Origin: an uncultured bacterium
GTDB lineage: Bacteria > Eisenbacteria > RBG-16-71-46 > CAIMUX01 > WJJG01
DNA: 64,000 nt
Assembly: GCA_964573295.1 (NCBI GenBank)
Contig: CAZNJE010000021.1
Coordinates: 3,570-67,569 of the forward strand
Direction of reading: 5' to 3'
Shown here: in pieces, positions 1-8,633 of the stretch
Position numbering within the stretch: position 1 is the stretch's first letter
How the letters are laid out: every line of letters starts with the position of its first letter
The notes under the pieces: generated by a model
Seen by the model: only the letters and a program-made list of their open reading frames with translations
Database searches by the model: none
What the model was told of the DNA's origin: nothing
Program-made: the position numbers and the translations under genes

Positions 1-2
1 CG

Positions 3-2156
3 GTGACACAGGCCGATACGCTGCTGGTACGGCTTTTCGGCAACGAGGGACACGTCGACATCGCCGGTGCCGGCTACCGGGACACGAGCGGGGATGGTCG
101 CATCGAACGCCGCCTCGTCCCCCTGGGCATTCTGGAGAACGAGACCCATCCCCCCCTCCTGCTGATTGCCTGGAACGCGGGCGCCGACGCGGGTCGCCGC
201 GGCATCCAGGCCATCGATCTGGACCGTTTGGAACCGGCCTGGTTCTATCCCACCGGTCCGAATCCCTACCAGTGGTCGTTCCGATTCGAGGACCTCGACC
301 ACGATGGCGAGCACGAGATTCTCTTCTGTCTACCCACGTCGATGCAGGGCCGCAGTGCCGGATCCACCGATGATCGCCACTCCTGGGTCGTCGCGCTCGA
401 ACCGGATGGCCAGGAGCTGTGGGCCCACCGCCTGAGCGGTGCCTACGGATCGCCGGCCTGGGCGGAGGCCGTGACACCGGCACCCGAAACCAGCTACGTG
501 GCGGCGGTCGCGAAACGCTTTCATTCCGGGGACACAGATCAGATCCTTGCGGCCGACACCTTGTTCGTCGTCGCTGCCGACAAGGGTAGCCCGACTGCCT
601 ACCGGCCGCTCGACCGCCAGCCCTGTGGTCTGGCGCGCTTCTCGAACACTCATCTGCTGCTGACCCACTACGACGGCACCTTTGAAACGTATGCGGTCGG
701 AGCCGACGGACAGCTTGCACGTACCGCTGCCGACTCCTTCGTGGTGGGCGCCGAACGGCTCAGTGCCTCTGATCTCGACGGCGACGGCCGGTGTGAGATC
801 GCCGCCCTGGGGCGCGGCCCCGATGGCGTGGAACTGCTCCTGGTCGATCAAGAGCTTCGCCTGCGGGGACGCAAGCAGCTCGAGACGATGAGCTACGGCG
901 GCGCGCGACTCTCGTTCCTGCAAGCGCGCCACGAGACGCCGCCGCTGCTGCTGGTGGGGGCCGGCCCCTATACGATCACCTTCGCCCCGCGAGTCGTCCG
1001 CGGGCAGACCTACCGGCTCGCCAGTGCGTTCCTGGCACTGCCGGGCATCTGGTGGCCAGGGGGCGCCTTGCTGGCGGGTGCTGGGATGGCGGCGCTTTCG
1101 GCCGCGCGGCGTCTGCGCGTCAAATGGCGGCAGCTGCTGGAGACGTGGTCACGGCGGCAGCAAACGAGTCCGACGCCCGTCCGCACCCGCGTGCTGCGGG
1201 TCGAGTTCGAGCGTCACATGCACAAGATGCACCATGGGTCCTCCTGTGCGATCACCATCCTCAAGATGGCCTGGGGCAATCTGGAGAACGCGGCGGAGGA
1301 TGAACGCCCTCAGGCCCTCTATCGCAGCCACCTCCTGGCAAACTGGGAACAGCTCGACTGGGTGGGTTGGATGCAGATTGACGAAGCGCTTTCGTTGGCC
1401 CGAGCGCTCGGGGTCGCTCCCGACCGGTGCGCGCGCATCGAAGAGAGCGCCGAGGTGATCGCCCGCGAATGGCCCGCGCTGCTCGAACGAACCTGGGATG
1501 CCGGCACCGTAGCGGCCGCCCGCAAGGTGCTCAGCCCGGCCCTCGAGACCCTGGCCGCCGATCTCGAGTCGTTCCGCCTCTGGACCCAGCACGACTTGCA
1601 CCAGCGCGCAACGCACGAGCTGCGCGCGACGCTGCGCGCGCTCGAGCAGAACGTGGCTACCGGTGACCAGCCCTTGGTCGTCGAGATTGCCCCCGAAGCC
1701 GACCGGCTGTGGATCCGGGCCGTGCCGGGCGACGTGCACTTCATGGTTGAGAACCTGGTGGCCAACGCCTACCGTGCGCTCGAGAACGGGCCCGGGCGCG
1801 TCACCGTGCGGGCCTTTCCGCTGAACGCCTTCCTGGTCGTCGAGGTGGAAGATGACGGTTGCGGTATTGCGCCCGAGGCTCACGAACAGATCTTCGCGCA
1901 CAAACGCCCCCGCGGCGACGGCCACGGTACGGGACTGGTCGCCTCCCGCCGTATGGTCCGGGATCTGCACGGCAACCTCGAGCTCCTCGGCAGCGAGGTG
2001 GGCGAGGGTACCACGTTCGCGCTGTTCCTGCCCCTGGTGTCGGCGCCGCCCGACCCGTTCGAGCCGTCCGCGGAGGAGACCCGCACGGATCGTGTGAACG
2101 GCTCCATGGGACACCCAGGACGGTACCACTCCGGTGAGGTGGAGGAGATGCCATGA
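3..2156 (+). CDS. Sensor histidine kinase, 5'-partial. N-terminal FG-GAP/VCBS-like repeats, C-terminal HisKA plus HATPase_c.
   Basis: C-terminal region carries an H-box (THELRATLRAL) and an HATPase_c G-box region (VEVEDDGCGIA...GDGHGTGLVASRRMV...GEGTTFALFLPL). Upstream DxDxDG-type motifs (DLDHDGEHEILF, DLDGDGRCEIAAL) suggest an FG-GAP/beta-propeller sensor domain. The ORF runs off the 5' edge of the window. Its stop overlaps the next gene's start (ATGA), consistent with an operon. Confidence 0.8.
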   Translation: MTQADTLLVRLFGNEGHVDIAGAGYRDTSGDGRIERRLVPLGILENETHPPLLLIAWNAGADAGRRGIQAIDLDRLEPAWFYPTGPNPYQWSFRFEDLDHDGEHEILFCLPTSMQGRSAGSTDDRHSWVVALEPDGQELWAHRLSGAYGSPAWAEAVTPAPETSYVAAVAKRFHSGDTDQILAADTLFVVAADKGSPTAYRPLDRQPCGLARFSNTHLLLTHYDGTFETYAVGADGQLARTAADSFVVGAERLSASDLDGDGRCEIAALGRGPDGVELLLVDQELRLRGRKQLETMSYGGARLSFLQARHETPPLLLVGAGPYTITFAPRVVRGQTYRLASAFLALPGIWWPGGALLAGAGMAALSAARRLRVKWRQLLETWSRRQQTSPTPVRTRVLRVEFERHMHKMHHGSSCAITILKMAWGNLENAAEDERPQALYRSHLLANWEQLDWVGWMQIDEALSLARALGVAPDRCARIEESAEVIAREWPALLERTWDAGTVAAARKVLSPALETLAADLESFRLWTQHDLHQRATHELRATLRALEQNVATGDQPLVVEIAPEADRLWIRAVPGDVHFMVENLVANAYRALENGPGRVTVRAFPLNAFLVVEVEDDGCGIAPEAHEQIFAHKRPRGDGHGTGLVASRRMVRDLHGNLELLGSEVGEGTTFALFLPLVSAPPDPFEPSAEETRTDRVNGSMGHPGRYHSGEVEEMP

Positions 2157-3586
2157 GAACCCTCAGACCCGCCGGTGGGGATTCGGCGTCTCCGACCCGC
2201 GAGCCCAAACCGCGACTGCTGATCGTCGACGACGATGAGCAGTTCTGCCAGATGATGCGCCTCGAGGTGGATGCCGATCATCATCTCGACGAGGCCCACT
2301 CGGCTGCGGAGGGCTGGCAGAGAGTCCTGCAGATCAATCCCGATGTCGTTCTCCTCGACGTCGGGATGGAGACCAAGGACGCCGGCCTCGGCTTGCTCCG
2401 GAAGATTCGGACACTGCCCACGCCACCGGCGGTGGTCATGATCACCGAGCACGACGACGTGAGCACGATCGTCAGCTCCATGCAGGGCGGCGCGGTCGAG
2501 TACGTGACCAAGCCGCCTCGCCGGAAGACGCTGCGCCAGGCCATCGAACGCGGGATCGAGAACCGACGCCTGCGGATGGAACTGGCGCTGCAGTCCGAGC
2601 GGCTTCCCGCCCTGGCGCGGCAAGCCATCATCGCCCGCGCTCCCCGCATGCAAGAGGTTCTGAAACGTGTCGAGAAGGCCGCGCGAACCGATGTCCCGGT
2701 CATCCTCACCGGAGAGACCGGGACGGGTAAGGACCTGATGGCGTATCAGATCCACGCGCGAAGCCGCCGCAAGGCCGGCGAGTTCGTTCCCTTCAGCTGC
2801 AATCGCCAGAACGAGAGCCTGGCCCTCAGTGAGCTGTTCGGCTACGAACAAGGTTCATTCACGGGGGCCGTCCAGCGACGGCAGGGCGCCCTCGAGAAGG
2901 CAAACGCCGGTACGCTGTTTCTGAACGAACTAGGCGAGTGCCCTCCCCGGCTACAGGAGATGCTCCTGAGCGCCAACCCGGACAGTCCGCACGGTTACGA
3001 ACGCGTCGGGGGCACGCGATTCGAGTCCGACTTTCGCCTGGTCGCGGCCACCAGCCGCAATGTCACGCGCATGCGGCAACAAGGCCTGCTGCGGGATGAT
3101 CTGTACAACCGCGTGGCTGGGTTCTGGATTCATATCCCGCCCTTGCGCAATCGTCCGGATGACATCCTCCCCCTCGCCCGGTCCTTTCTGGAGACCGCGT
3201 GTATGAAGGCCGATCTGGACCCGAAGACGTTCGCTCCAGCCACCGCCGAGGCGCTGTTGCAGCACGAGTGGCCGGGCAATGTGCGCGAACTCGGCAATGT
3301 CGTCGAGGCGGCGGTGACCGAGTGCGTCACGGGCACCACGATCGAACCCTGGCATCTGACCGGACTCTACCCGCCGGCTGGCGAACCGGTGCTGCCGTAC
3401 GAGGAGATGAAACAGCGAACCGTCCGATCGCTCCAGCGCCGGTATCTTCACGAACTCCTCGCCGAAGCCCGCGGGAACGTGCAAGAGGCCGGCCGCATCA
3501 GCGGGGTCGCCATCGGAACGCTGTACCGCTGGGCCAAGGAGTACGGGATCGACCCGGACGCCTACCGAGACGGAACCGGGGTGTGA
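2153..3586 (+). CDS. Sigma-54-dependent response regulator (NtrC/Fis family): REC + AAA+ sigma-54 activation + C-terminal HTH
   Basis: Receiver domain (LLIVDDDEQF...VLLDVGM). Walker A (ILTGETGTGKDLMA). The sigma-54 interaction region is degenerate, with ELFGYEQGSFTGA where the GAFTGA motif should be. C-terminal Fis-type HTH (GNVQEAGRISGVAIGTLYRWAKEYGI). Translationally coupled to the upstream kinase. Confidence 0.85.
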   Translation: MRTLRPAGGDSASPTREPKPRLLIVDDDEQFCQMMRLEVDADHHLDEAHSAAEGWQRVLQINPDVVLLDVGMETKDAGLGLLRKIRTLPTPPAVVMITEHDDVSTIVSSMQGGAVEYVTKPPRRKTLRQAIERGIENRRLRMELALQSERLPALARQAIIARAPRMQEVLKRVEKAARTDVPVILTGETGTGKDLMAYQIHARSRRKAGEFVPFSCNRQNESLALSELFGYEQGSFTGAVQRRQGALEKANAGTLFLNELGECPPRLQEMLLSANPDSPHGYERVGGTRFESDFRLVAATSRNVTRMRQQGLLRDDLYNRVAGFWIHIPPLRNRPDDILPLARSFLETACMKADLDPKTFAPATAEALLQHEWPGNVRELGNVVEAAVTECVTGTTIEPWHLTGLYPPAGEPVLPYEEMKQRTVRSLQRRYLHELLAEARGNVQEAGRISGVAIGTLYRWAKEYGIDPDAYRDGTGV

Positions 3587-3626
3587 GGGGAGTGAGGGGA
3601 GTGAGGGGATCACAGTCGATCGAACG

Positions 3627-3648
3627 GCACGCGATTGCACGGTAGCCT
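3627..3648 (+). promoter_or_regulatory. Candidate sigma-54 (-24/-12)-like element (cGGCACgcgaTTGCAc); spacing is one nt shorter than consensus
   Basis: GGCAC...TTGCA resembles TGGCAC-N5-TTGCW, but the GG-to-GC spacer is 9 rather than 10 nt. It lies 40 nt after the stop of the sigma-54-dependent regulator and about 450 nt upstream of the FeS gene. Weak call. Confidence 0.2.
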
Positions 3649-3949
3649 GCGTTCACCCAGCACCATCAGCTGATTCGGGTGCCGGGGTGACGCACGTCCC
3701 CCCCTAGGCTGCTAAAGAGCAGAAACCGTGCCGGTGGCATATTTCGGGGCTCCATTTGATCGAAGTCTGTAAGCTGCATTCGGAGAAACAATTGCTGGGA
3801 CTGCTATTCCGGTCCCGTCCTTCCGCGGCGGCCCAGGATTCTCCTGAATGTGAGGACTGGGCGGGCCTTCTTTGTAATTGTCTGTTCTGAATGGCGTTAC
3901 GGTCGAACACGTATGTGAGACCGGAACCGTTGCCGACGCCATGTCGCCC

Positions 3950-4075
3950 TCCGGCGACCGGCAACCGGCTGTCCGCAACGGGCGCCCGGCAACCGGCGCC
4001 CGGCAACCGGCGTCCGGCATGCGGCGTCCGGCATGCGGCGTCCGGCGTCCGGCTCGCGGAGCCGGCCGGTCAGAA
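3950..4075. repeat. GC-rich tandem repeat array (ccggcaaccggcgyccgg / ccggcatgcggcgtccgg units) in the 5' leader of the FeS gene
   Basis: Direct repeats visible: ccggcaaccggcgcccggcaaccggcgtccggcatgcggcgtccggcatgcggcgtccggcgtccgg. Confidence 0.7.
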
Positions 4076-4099
4076 AGTCGTAGATAGAAGGAGGATTTC

Positions 4100-5176
4100 A
4101 TGGCTGCCGAGGAGAGAGCCATGTCCACATCCCGGCGGGCATTCCTGAGAACCCTGGGGCTGGCGGGCGCCGCGGGCGCCGTCGCCTCGATGCCCGAAGC
4201 GAAGGCGTCTTCGTCCGAGAATGAGCTCGTCACCGTACTCGACATCGGTACGTGCATCGGGTGCGGTGCCTGCGTCGAGGCCTGCCACGAGGCTAACGCG
4301 GGCAAGTATCCCGACCCGCGGAAGCCCTACCCCAAGATGTACCCGAGCCGGGTCAAGGTGGCCGAGTGGTCGGACAAACGCGACATCATCGACCGGCTGA
4401 CACCCTACAACTGGCTCTTCCTCCAGCATGCCGAGGTAGAGTATCAGGACAAGACCTACGAACTCTCAATCCCGCGACGCTGCCTGCACTGCACCAACCC
4501 GCCCTGCGCCAATCTCTGCCCCTGGGGTGCCGCGCGCAAGCAACGCAATGGCATCGTCCGCATCGACGAGGAGATCTGCCTCGGCGGCGCCAAGTGCGCG
4601 GACGTGTGCCCCTGGGACATCCCCAAACGACAGACCGGGGTGGGCCTCTACCTCGACCTGCTGCCCTCCTTCGCCGGCAACGGCGTCATGTACAAGTGCG
4701 ACCGCTGTTACGATCGCGTCGAGCGCGGCGTCGTCCCCGCCTGCATCGAGGCCTGCCCGGTAGGCGCGCAGCGTATTGGCCCGCGCCGCGAGATGGTCGC
4801 CTACGCACACGAACTCTGCGCGCAGACGAACGGCTTCCTCTATGGCGAGATTGAGAACGGCGGCACGAATACCCTCTACGTCTCTCCGGTCCCGTTCGAC
4901 CTGATCAACGAGGCGATCGAGAAGGGACCCGGCAAGCCGCACATGGCCCCGGTCGAAAACCAAATGGGAACAGCGGAAAATCTCTCGTGGGTATTGCTGG
5001 TGGCCCCGCTGGCCGGCGCCGCCGCCGGGCTACTGAAGACCGGCACGCGCCTGCTGAAGGCCTCGGAGAGCCCAGGCGGCGAGCAGGCGGGCACGACCGC
5101 CGAGCAGGAGACAGGCACGACCGCCGAGCAGGAAACAGGCACGACCGCCGAGCAGGAGGCCCGCGATGATCGCTAG
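4100..5176 (+). CDS. Tat-exported 4Fe-4S ferredoxin-type subunit (FdnH/HybA/DmsB-like) with a C-terminal TM anchor and a TAEQETGT repeat tail
   Basis: RBS AGGAGG 7 nt upstream. Twin-arginine signal (SRRAFLRTLGLAGAAGAVAS). Four Cys clusters of CxxCxxCxxxCP type (CIGCGACVEAC, CLHCTNPPCANLCP, CLGGAKCADVCP, CDRCYDRVERGVVPACIEACP). Hydrophobic C-terminal helix (WVLLVAPLAGAAAGLL), then a 3x in-frame 24-nt repeat (GTTAEQET). Confidence 0.75.
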   Translation: MAAEERAMSTSRRAFLRTLGLAGAAGAVASMPEAKASSSENELVTVLDIGTCIGCGACVEACHEANAGKYPDPRKPYPKMYPSRVKVAEWSDKRDIIDRLTPYNWLFLQHAEVEYQDKTYELSIPRRCLHCTNPPCANLCPWGAARKQRNGIVRIDEEICLGGAKCADVCPWDIPKRQTGVGLYLDLLPSFAGNGVMYKCDRCYDRVERGVVPACIEACPVGAQRIGPRREMVAYAHELCAQTNGFLYGEIENGGTNTLYVSPVPFDLINEAIEKGPGKPHMAPVENQMGTAENLSWVLLVAPLAGAAAGLLKTGTRLLKASESPGGEQAGTTAEQETGTTAEQETGTTAEQEARDDR

Positions 5177-5624
5177 ACTCTTCCCCCGCTGGCTGACTGT
5201 TGCGATGGGCCTCGTGGTCGGCGCGCTGGCGCTCAGCGGGTTCGGCCAGATGCCGATCTTCAAGCGCTACTACGTGGCCGACATCCCGGGAATGGCATGG
5301 TTGGCCGCCTACTATGTTACGCATACGATCCACTATGTCGGGGCAATCATCTTTCTCGGGCTGCTGGCCTACATGGTCGTCGTCTACTTGCGCAGCCGTA
5401 CAGTGGGCGTCAGGATCACGCAATCGGGGGCCCTGCGCGCCGGCGCGGTGACTATTATCGCGGTCACCGGAATCCTCCGCGTGCTCAAGAGCCGGCCCGA
5501 CGTCTACCTGGGAGCGAACATCGTGTTCGCGATCGATCTGGCACACCTGGGCGGCGTCATGCTGTGGGGACTCCTGGCGTTGGCCGCGGCGATCGCCCGA
5601 CGCCGGCCCTATGTCCGTGTGTAG
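5166..5624 (+). CDS. Small polytopic membrane protein, possible b-type cytochrome membrane anchor (FdnI-like)
   Basis: Overlaps the FeS gene by 11 nt (coupled). About 4 predicted TM helices with conserved His in helices (THTIHY, LAHLGG). The cytochrome b assignment is inferred from context only. Confidence 0.45.
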   Translation: MIARLFPRWLTVAMGLVVGALALSGFGQMPIFKRYYVADIPGMAWLAAYYVTHTIHYVGAIIFLGLLAYMVVVYLRSRTVGVRITQSGALRAGAVTIIAVTGILRVLKSRPDVYLGANIVFAIDLAHLGGVMLWGLLALAAAIARRRPYVRV

Positions 5625-5701
5625 AACGGGCGGCTGTCACGTAGAAGGATACGGCGCGACAGCAAGAGGCCGGCTGTGGGAACATCGGAAAGGAGCGAAT
5701 C

Positions 5702-6463
5702 ATGCACATCCACATCCGTGCCAGATCACTGGCGCGTGGGCGGGCCATGTGTGTCGTCGCAGCGATCGTGCTGCTGACCGCAGCCGCCGCGCTGGCGCCT
5801 ATTGCCGCGGCGACGCCCACTGCCGCGCTGACGCCCACTGCCGCGGCGCAGACCGAAGAGGAGGTCTCGAGCTCGACCATCGAAACCCTACCCGGCCCCG
5901 AGCGTGTCGGCGGGGAGGGCCTCTTCGGCCTCCTCCAATCGCGCCGCTCGCTTCGTAGCTTCACCGACGAACGCCTCACGCCCGGCGAGATCGGGCAGCT
6001 GCTGTGGGCCGGGCACGGCACGACCGGCACCGACCGGTTCACCCATCATACGATCCCTTCGGCGGGAGCCCTCTACCCGATCGAGCTGTTTCTCCTCGAC
6101 AGCCGCGGGGTAGCTCGCTACCACCAGGCCGACCATGCTTTGGTCTGGCAAACGCGGGACGATCAGCGCAGCAACCTGGCTCGCGCCTGCCTCCAGCAGA
6201 TGTGGGCCGCCGATGCCCCCGCCATCATCGTCGTGGCGGGTGTACCCGAGCGGACCACCACCAAGTACGGGGACCGGGGAGAACACTACGTGCGGATCGA
6301 AGCCGGTTGCGTGCTACAGAACCTGTTGCTGACCGCGACCGAGCTGGAACTGGGAGGCACTCCGATCGGGGCCTTTCGGGACGAGGAAGTTTCCGGTTTG
6401 TTGCAGCTACCTCCGGGCTGGGAGCCGCTGCTGGTCGTGCCGGTGGGTCACGCCGCGCCCTAG
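5702..6463 (+). CDS. SagB-type dehydrogenase / nitroreductase-family flavoprotein with N-terminal signal/TM segment
   Basis: RRSLRSF motif, PSAGALYPIE motif (hallmark of SagB/ThcOx-type dehydrogenase domains) and a C-terminal ExG...PIGAF nitroreductase fold signature. Hydrophobic N-terminus (CVVAAIVLLTAAAALAPIAAA). Confidence 0.7.
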   Translation: MHIHIRARSLARGRAMCVVAAIVLLTAAAALAPIAAATPTAALTPTAAAQTEEEVSSSTIETLPGPERVGGEGLFGLLQSRRSLRSFTDERLTPGEIGQLLWAGHGTTGTDRFTHHTIPSAGALYPIELFLLDSRGVARYHQADHALVWQTRDDQRSNLARACLQQMWAADAPAIIVVAGVPERTTTKYGDRGEHYVRIEAGCVLQNLLLTATELELGGTPIGAFRDEEVSGLLQLPPGWEPLLVVPVGHAAP

Positions 6464-6632
6464 CGTGAACCGGGACCACCCCCGCCGCCAGGTCGCTCGA
6501 GCCGCGGCCTGGTGGTCGAGTCGCCGGTGGTCGAATCGTCACCGGGTGACTGGCCTCTGGCGGTCGAAGACAGGCTGGAGTAGAGTGGCGGGCAGAGGAT
6601 CGATTCACCCTCAACGCAAGGGAGGCACCACG

Positions 6633-6980
6633 ATGTTCTACAAACAGTTCACGGACGTGCCCTCCAAGCCAGTGGCCATGGAAGGAGCCGCTGACGTCAC
6701 CATCCGTGAGGTCTTCACCGAACGAGACGGCACCCCCACCTTCCAGCTGCGCATCTTCGATGTGGCGCCCGGTGGCCACACCCCCCTGCACCAGCACGAC
6801 TACGAGCACGAGATCTTCGTGCTGGCCGGCCAGGGAGAGGTCACGCTCGGCGAGCAGGTCCATGACATCGAACCGGGGAGCACCGCACTCGTCCAACCCA
6901 ATCTTCTCCACCAGTTCCGCAACCCTGGCGAGGCGCCCTTGCTCTTCATCTGTCTGATTCCAAATCGTGAGTCGCATTGA
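6633..6980 (+). CDS. Cupin-domain protein (115 aa)
   Basis: Internal ATG at 6633 with RBS AAGGGAGG upstream. Cupin motifs G(X)5HxH(X)3,4E(X)6G (GGHTPLHQHDYEHEIFVLAGQG) and PxGxxHxxxN-like (PGSTALVQPNLLHQFRNPG). The 168-nt upstream part of the ORF-track entry looks non-coding. Confidence 0.7.
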   Translation: MFYKQFTDVPSKPVAMEGAADVTIREVFTERDGTPTFQLRIFDVAPGGHTPLHQHDYEHEIFVLAGQGEVTLGEQVHDIEPGSTALVQPNLLHQFRNPGEAPLLFICLIPNRESH

Positions 6981-7885
6981 TGGTCGAAGGTCGCGATCAC
7001 CAAGCCGGTCCCCCGCCTTCGCCTTCGTCGTGGCCACCACCTCCCTCCCCCGCCACACGGCCGGGGCTGGGCGAAGCCGTGTTGCTGCTGCTCTTGATGG
7101 GCATCACAACCATGATCGCGGTCACGGCCCTCTTCCTGGGCGACGAGCAACGGGATCTCGACATGCTGCTCATGGGCATTCTCGAGGTCTTGGCCATCAC
7201 TCTCGTGCTGCTGGTTGGTGTGCGCCGCGTCGGGTTGCCGACCACACGGGTTCTGGGATTGCGGGCCGTCCCGCTCTGGCTGTGCCTTATCGCGGTACCG
7301 CTGGCAATGGCCGTGGGCACCGTCAACTCGGCCCTGGAGGCACCGGTACGCAACGTGATGCCGATCCCCGAGGAACTCCTGCTCGAGCTGGTCACCCTGC
7401 TCTATCCCGAGACGACGCTCGACTGGGTGCTGATCCTCCTCCCGACGGCCTTGCTGGTGCCGGTAGGGGAAGAGCTGCTCTTCCGCGGGCTGCTCTTGCG
7501 CGGCTTCCTGCTGCGATACGGAGCCACGCCAGCGCTGGCGCTGACCTCGCTGCTATTCGCGCTCGTTCACCTGAATCCTTGGGCTTTCGCCGGCTACTTC
7601 ATCGTCGGGTGGGTGCTGGGGTGGCTCGTGCTGCGGTCCGGCAGCGTGTGGCCAGCGATCATCCTGCACGCATCTTACAATGCTCTGGCGGTCATCCAGA
7701 CCAAGACGCTCATCGATGGGCCGCCCACACTCGAATCGATCCGTGCCGCATCCGAGAGCTGGTGGGACGCACCGGTGACCATCGTCATCTCAGCGCTTGC
7801 GTTGGTCCTCATGGTTCTGCTAATCGAGTCTCGAAGCCGCCAGGATCACCCCTGGGTCATCGACGAGATCTCCTTCGGCCGATAG
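6977..7885 (+). CDS. CPBP family intramembrane glutamic metalloprotease (CAAX protease / Abi family)
   Basis: Motifs EELLFRG, FALVH and HASYN in successive TM helices. 4-nt overlap with the cupin gene. Confidence 0.75.
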   Translation: MMVEGRDHQAGPPPSPSSWPPPPSPATRPGLGEAVLLLLLMGITTMIAVTALFLGDEQRDLDMLLMGILEVLAITLVLLVGVRRVGLPTTRVLGLRAVPLWLCLIAVPLAMAVGTVNSALEAPVRNVMPIPEELLLELVTLLYPETTLDWVLILLPTALLVPVGEELLFRGLLLRGFLLRYGATPALALTSLLFALVHLNPWAFAGYFIVGWVLGWLVLRSGSVWPAIILHASYNALAVIQTKTLIDGPPTLESIRAASESWWDAPVTIVISALALVLMVLLIESRSRQDHPWVIDEISFGR

Positions 7886-8030
7886 GCGCCGGGCCGAAGG
7901 ACGCCGGGCCGACGGGCGCCGGGTCGAGGGGTGTCCGGCCGAAGGGCGCCGGGCCGACGGGCGCTTGCCGACGGCCGTCCGGCCGATCAAGCCGGGTCAA
8001 CAAGGGAGCTCATTTCTTAGGAGGTGTCTC

Positions 8031-8432
8031 ATGGAATCATCCCCCAGTGCGCAATACAACGATAGCTCTCCGGTACTCTCCCTCACCGTCGAGGAGTTCA
8101 AGGACCTGGTCGCCCGCGTCGTGCGAGACGACGAAGAGATCGACGTCGAACTCGCCGGGCGTTTCGACGGTGGCGAACTCATCGTTCGGCCCAACCGCCC
8201 GGACCTCCAGGAGAAGGTCATCCCCATCGATAGCTTCTTTCACAAGATCGTGATGCTCCGCGATCGGTTGCGGGTTCTGGAGCAGAAGATCAACAGCAAC
8301 AGCAAGCTCAGCGACAGTGACAAGGTGGAACTGCAGCAGTTCATCACTCGCATCTACGGGTCGCTCACGACATTCAACATCCTCTTCCAGTACCGGGACG
8401 ATCAGTTCCGGGGGCAGAGCGGGCGGGGGTAG
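8031..8432 (+). CDS. Hypothetical protein (133 aa), predicted coiled-coil
   Basis: ATG at 8031 with AGGAGG RBS. No recognisable family. Moderate codon bias for this genome. Confidence 0.4.
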   Translation: MESSPSAQYNDSSPVLSLTVEEFKDLVARVVRDDEEIDVELAGRFDGGELIVRPNRPDLQEKVIPIDSFFHKIVMLRDRLRVLEQKINSNSKLSDSDKVELQQFITRIYGSLTTFNILFQYRDDQFRGQSGRG

Positions 8433-8503
8433 CCGATTCCCGGCGACCTTCACATTCCGCTAGACAGAATCTCCTGGGAGCCCAAAAATGGGGCCCGGAG
8501 TAA

Positions 8504-8598
8504 CCGGGATGATGACCGGGATGATGACCGGGGCGATGACCGGGATGATGACCGGGGCGATGACCGGGGCGATGACCGGGGCGATGACCGGGATGATG
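8504..8598. repeat. 12-nt tandem repeat array (ccggg[g]atgatga / ccggggcgatga), about 8 copies, intergenic
   Basis: Direct inspection: ccgggatgatga ccgggatgatga ccggggcgatga ccgggatgatga ccggggcgatga x3 ccgggatgatg. Confidence 0.85.
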
Positions 8599-8633
8599 TG
8601 TCTTGGTCGTGGACATCTACGAAGGAGGTTTCA

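Noticed and set aside
166-2208. Numerous overlapping ORFs inside/antisense to the histidine kinase gene (e.g. 330..932-, 1149..2129-, 1024..1458+)
   Set aside because: High-GC DNA produces long spurious open frames. Proteins are Arg/Pro/Ala-rich with no motifs. The kinase frame explains the region.
3627-3648. Sigma-54 promoter call treated as established
   Set aside because: Spacer is 1 nt short of the strict GG-N10-GC geometry, and the element is about 450 nt from the nearest downstream start. Kept only as a low-confidence feature.
6967-8253. 428-aa ORF overlapping the CPBP protease in another frame
   Set aside because: Arg/Gly/Pro-rich low-complexity translation. The CPBP frame carries the conserved EELLFRG/FALVH/HASYN motifs.
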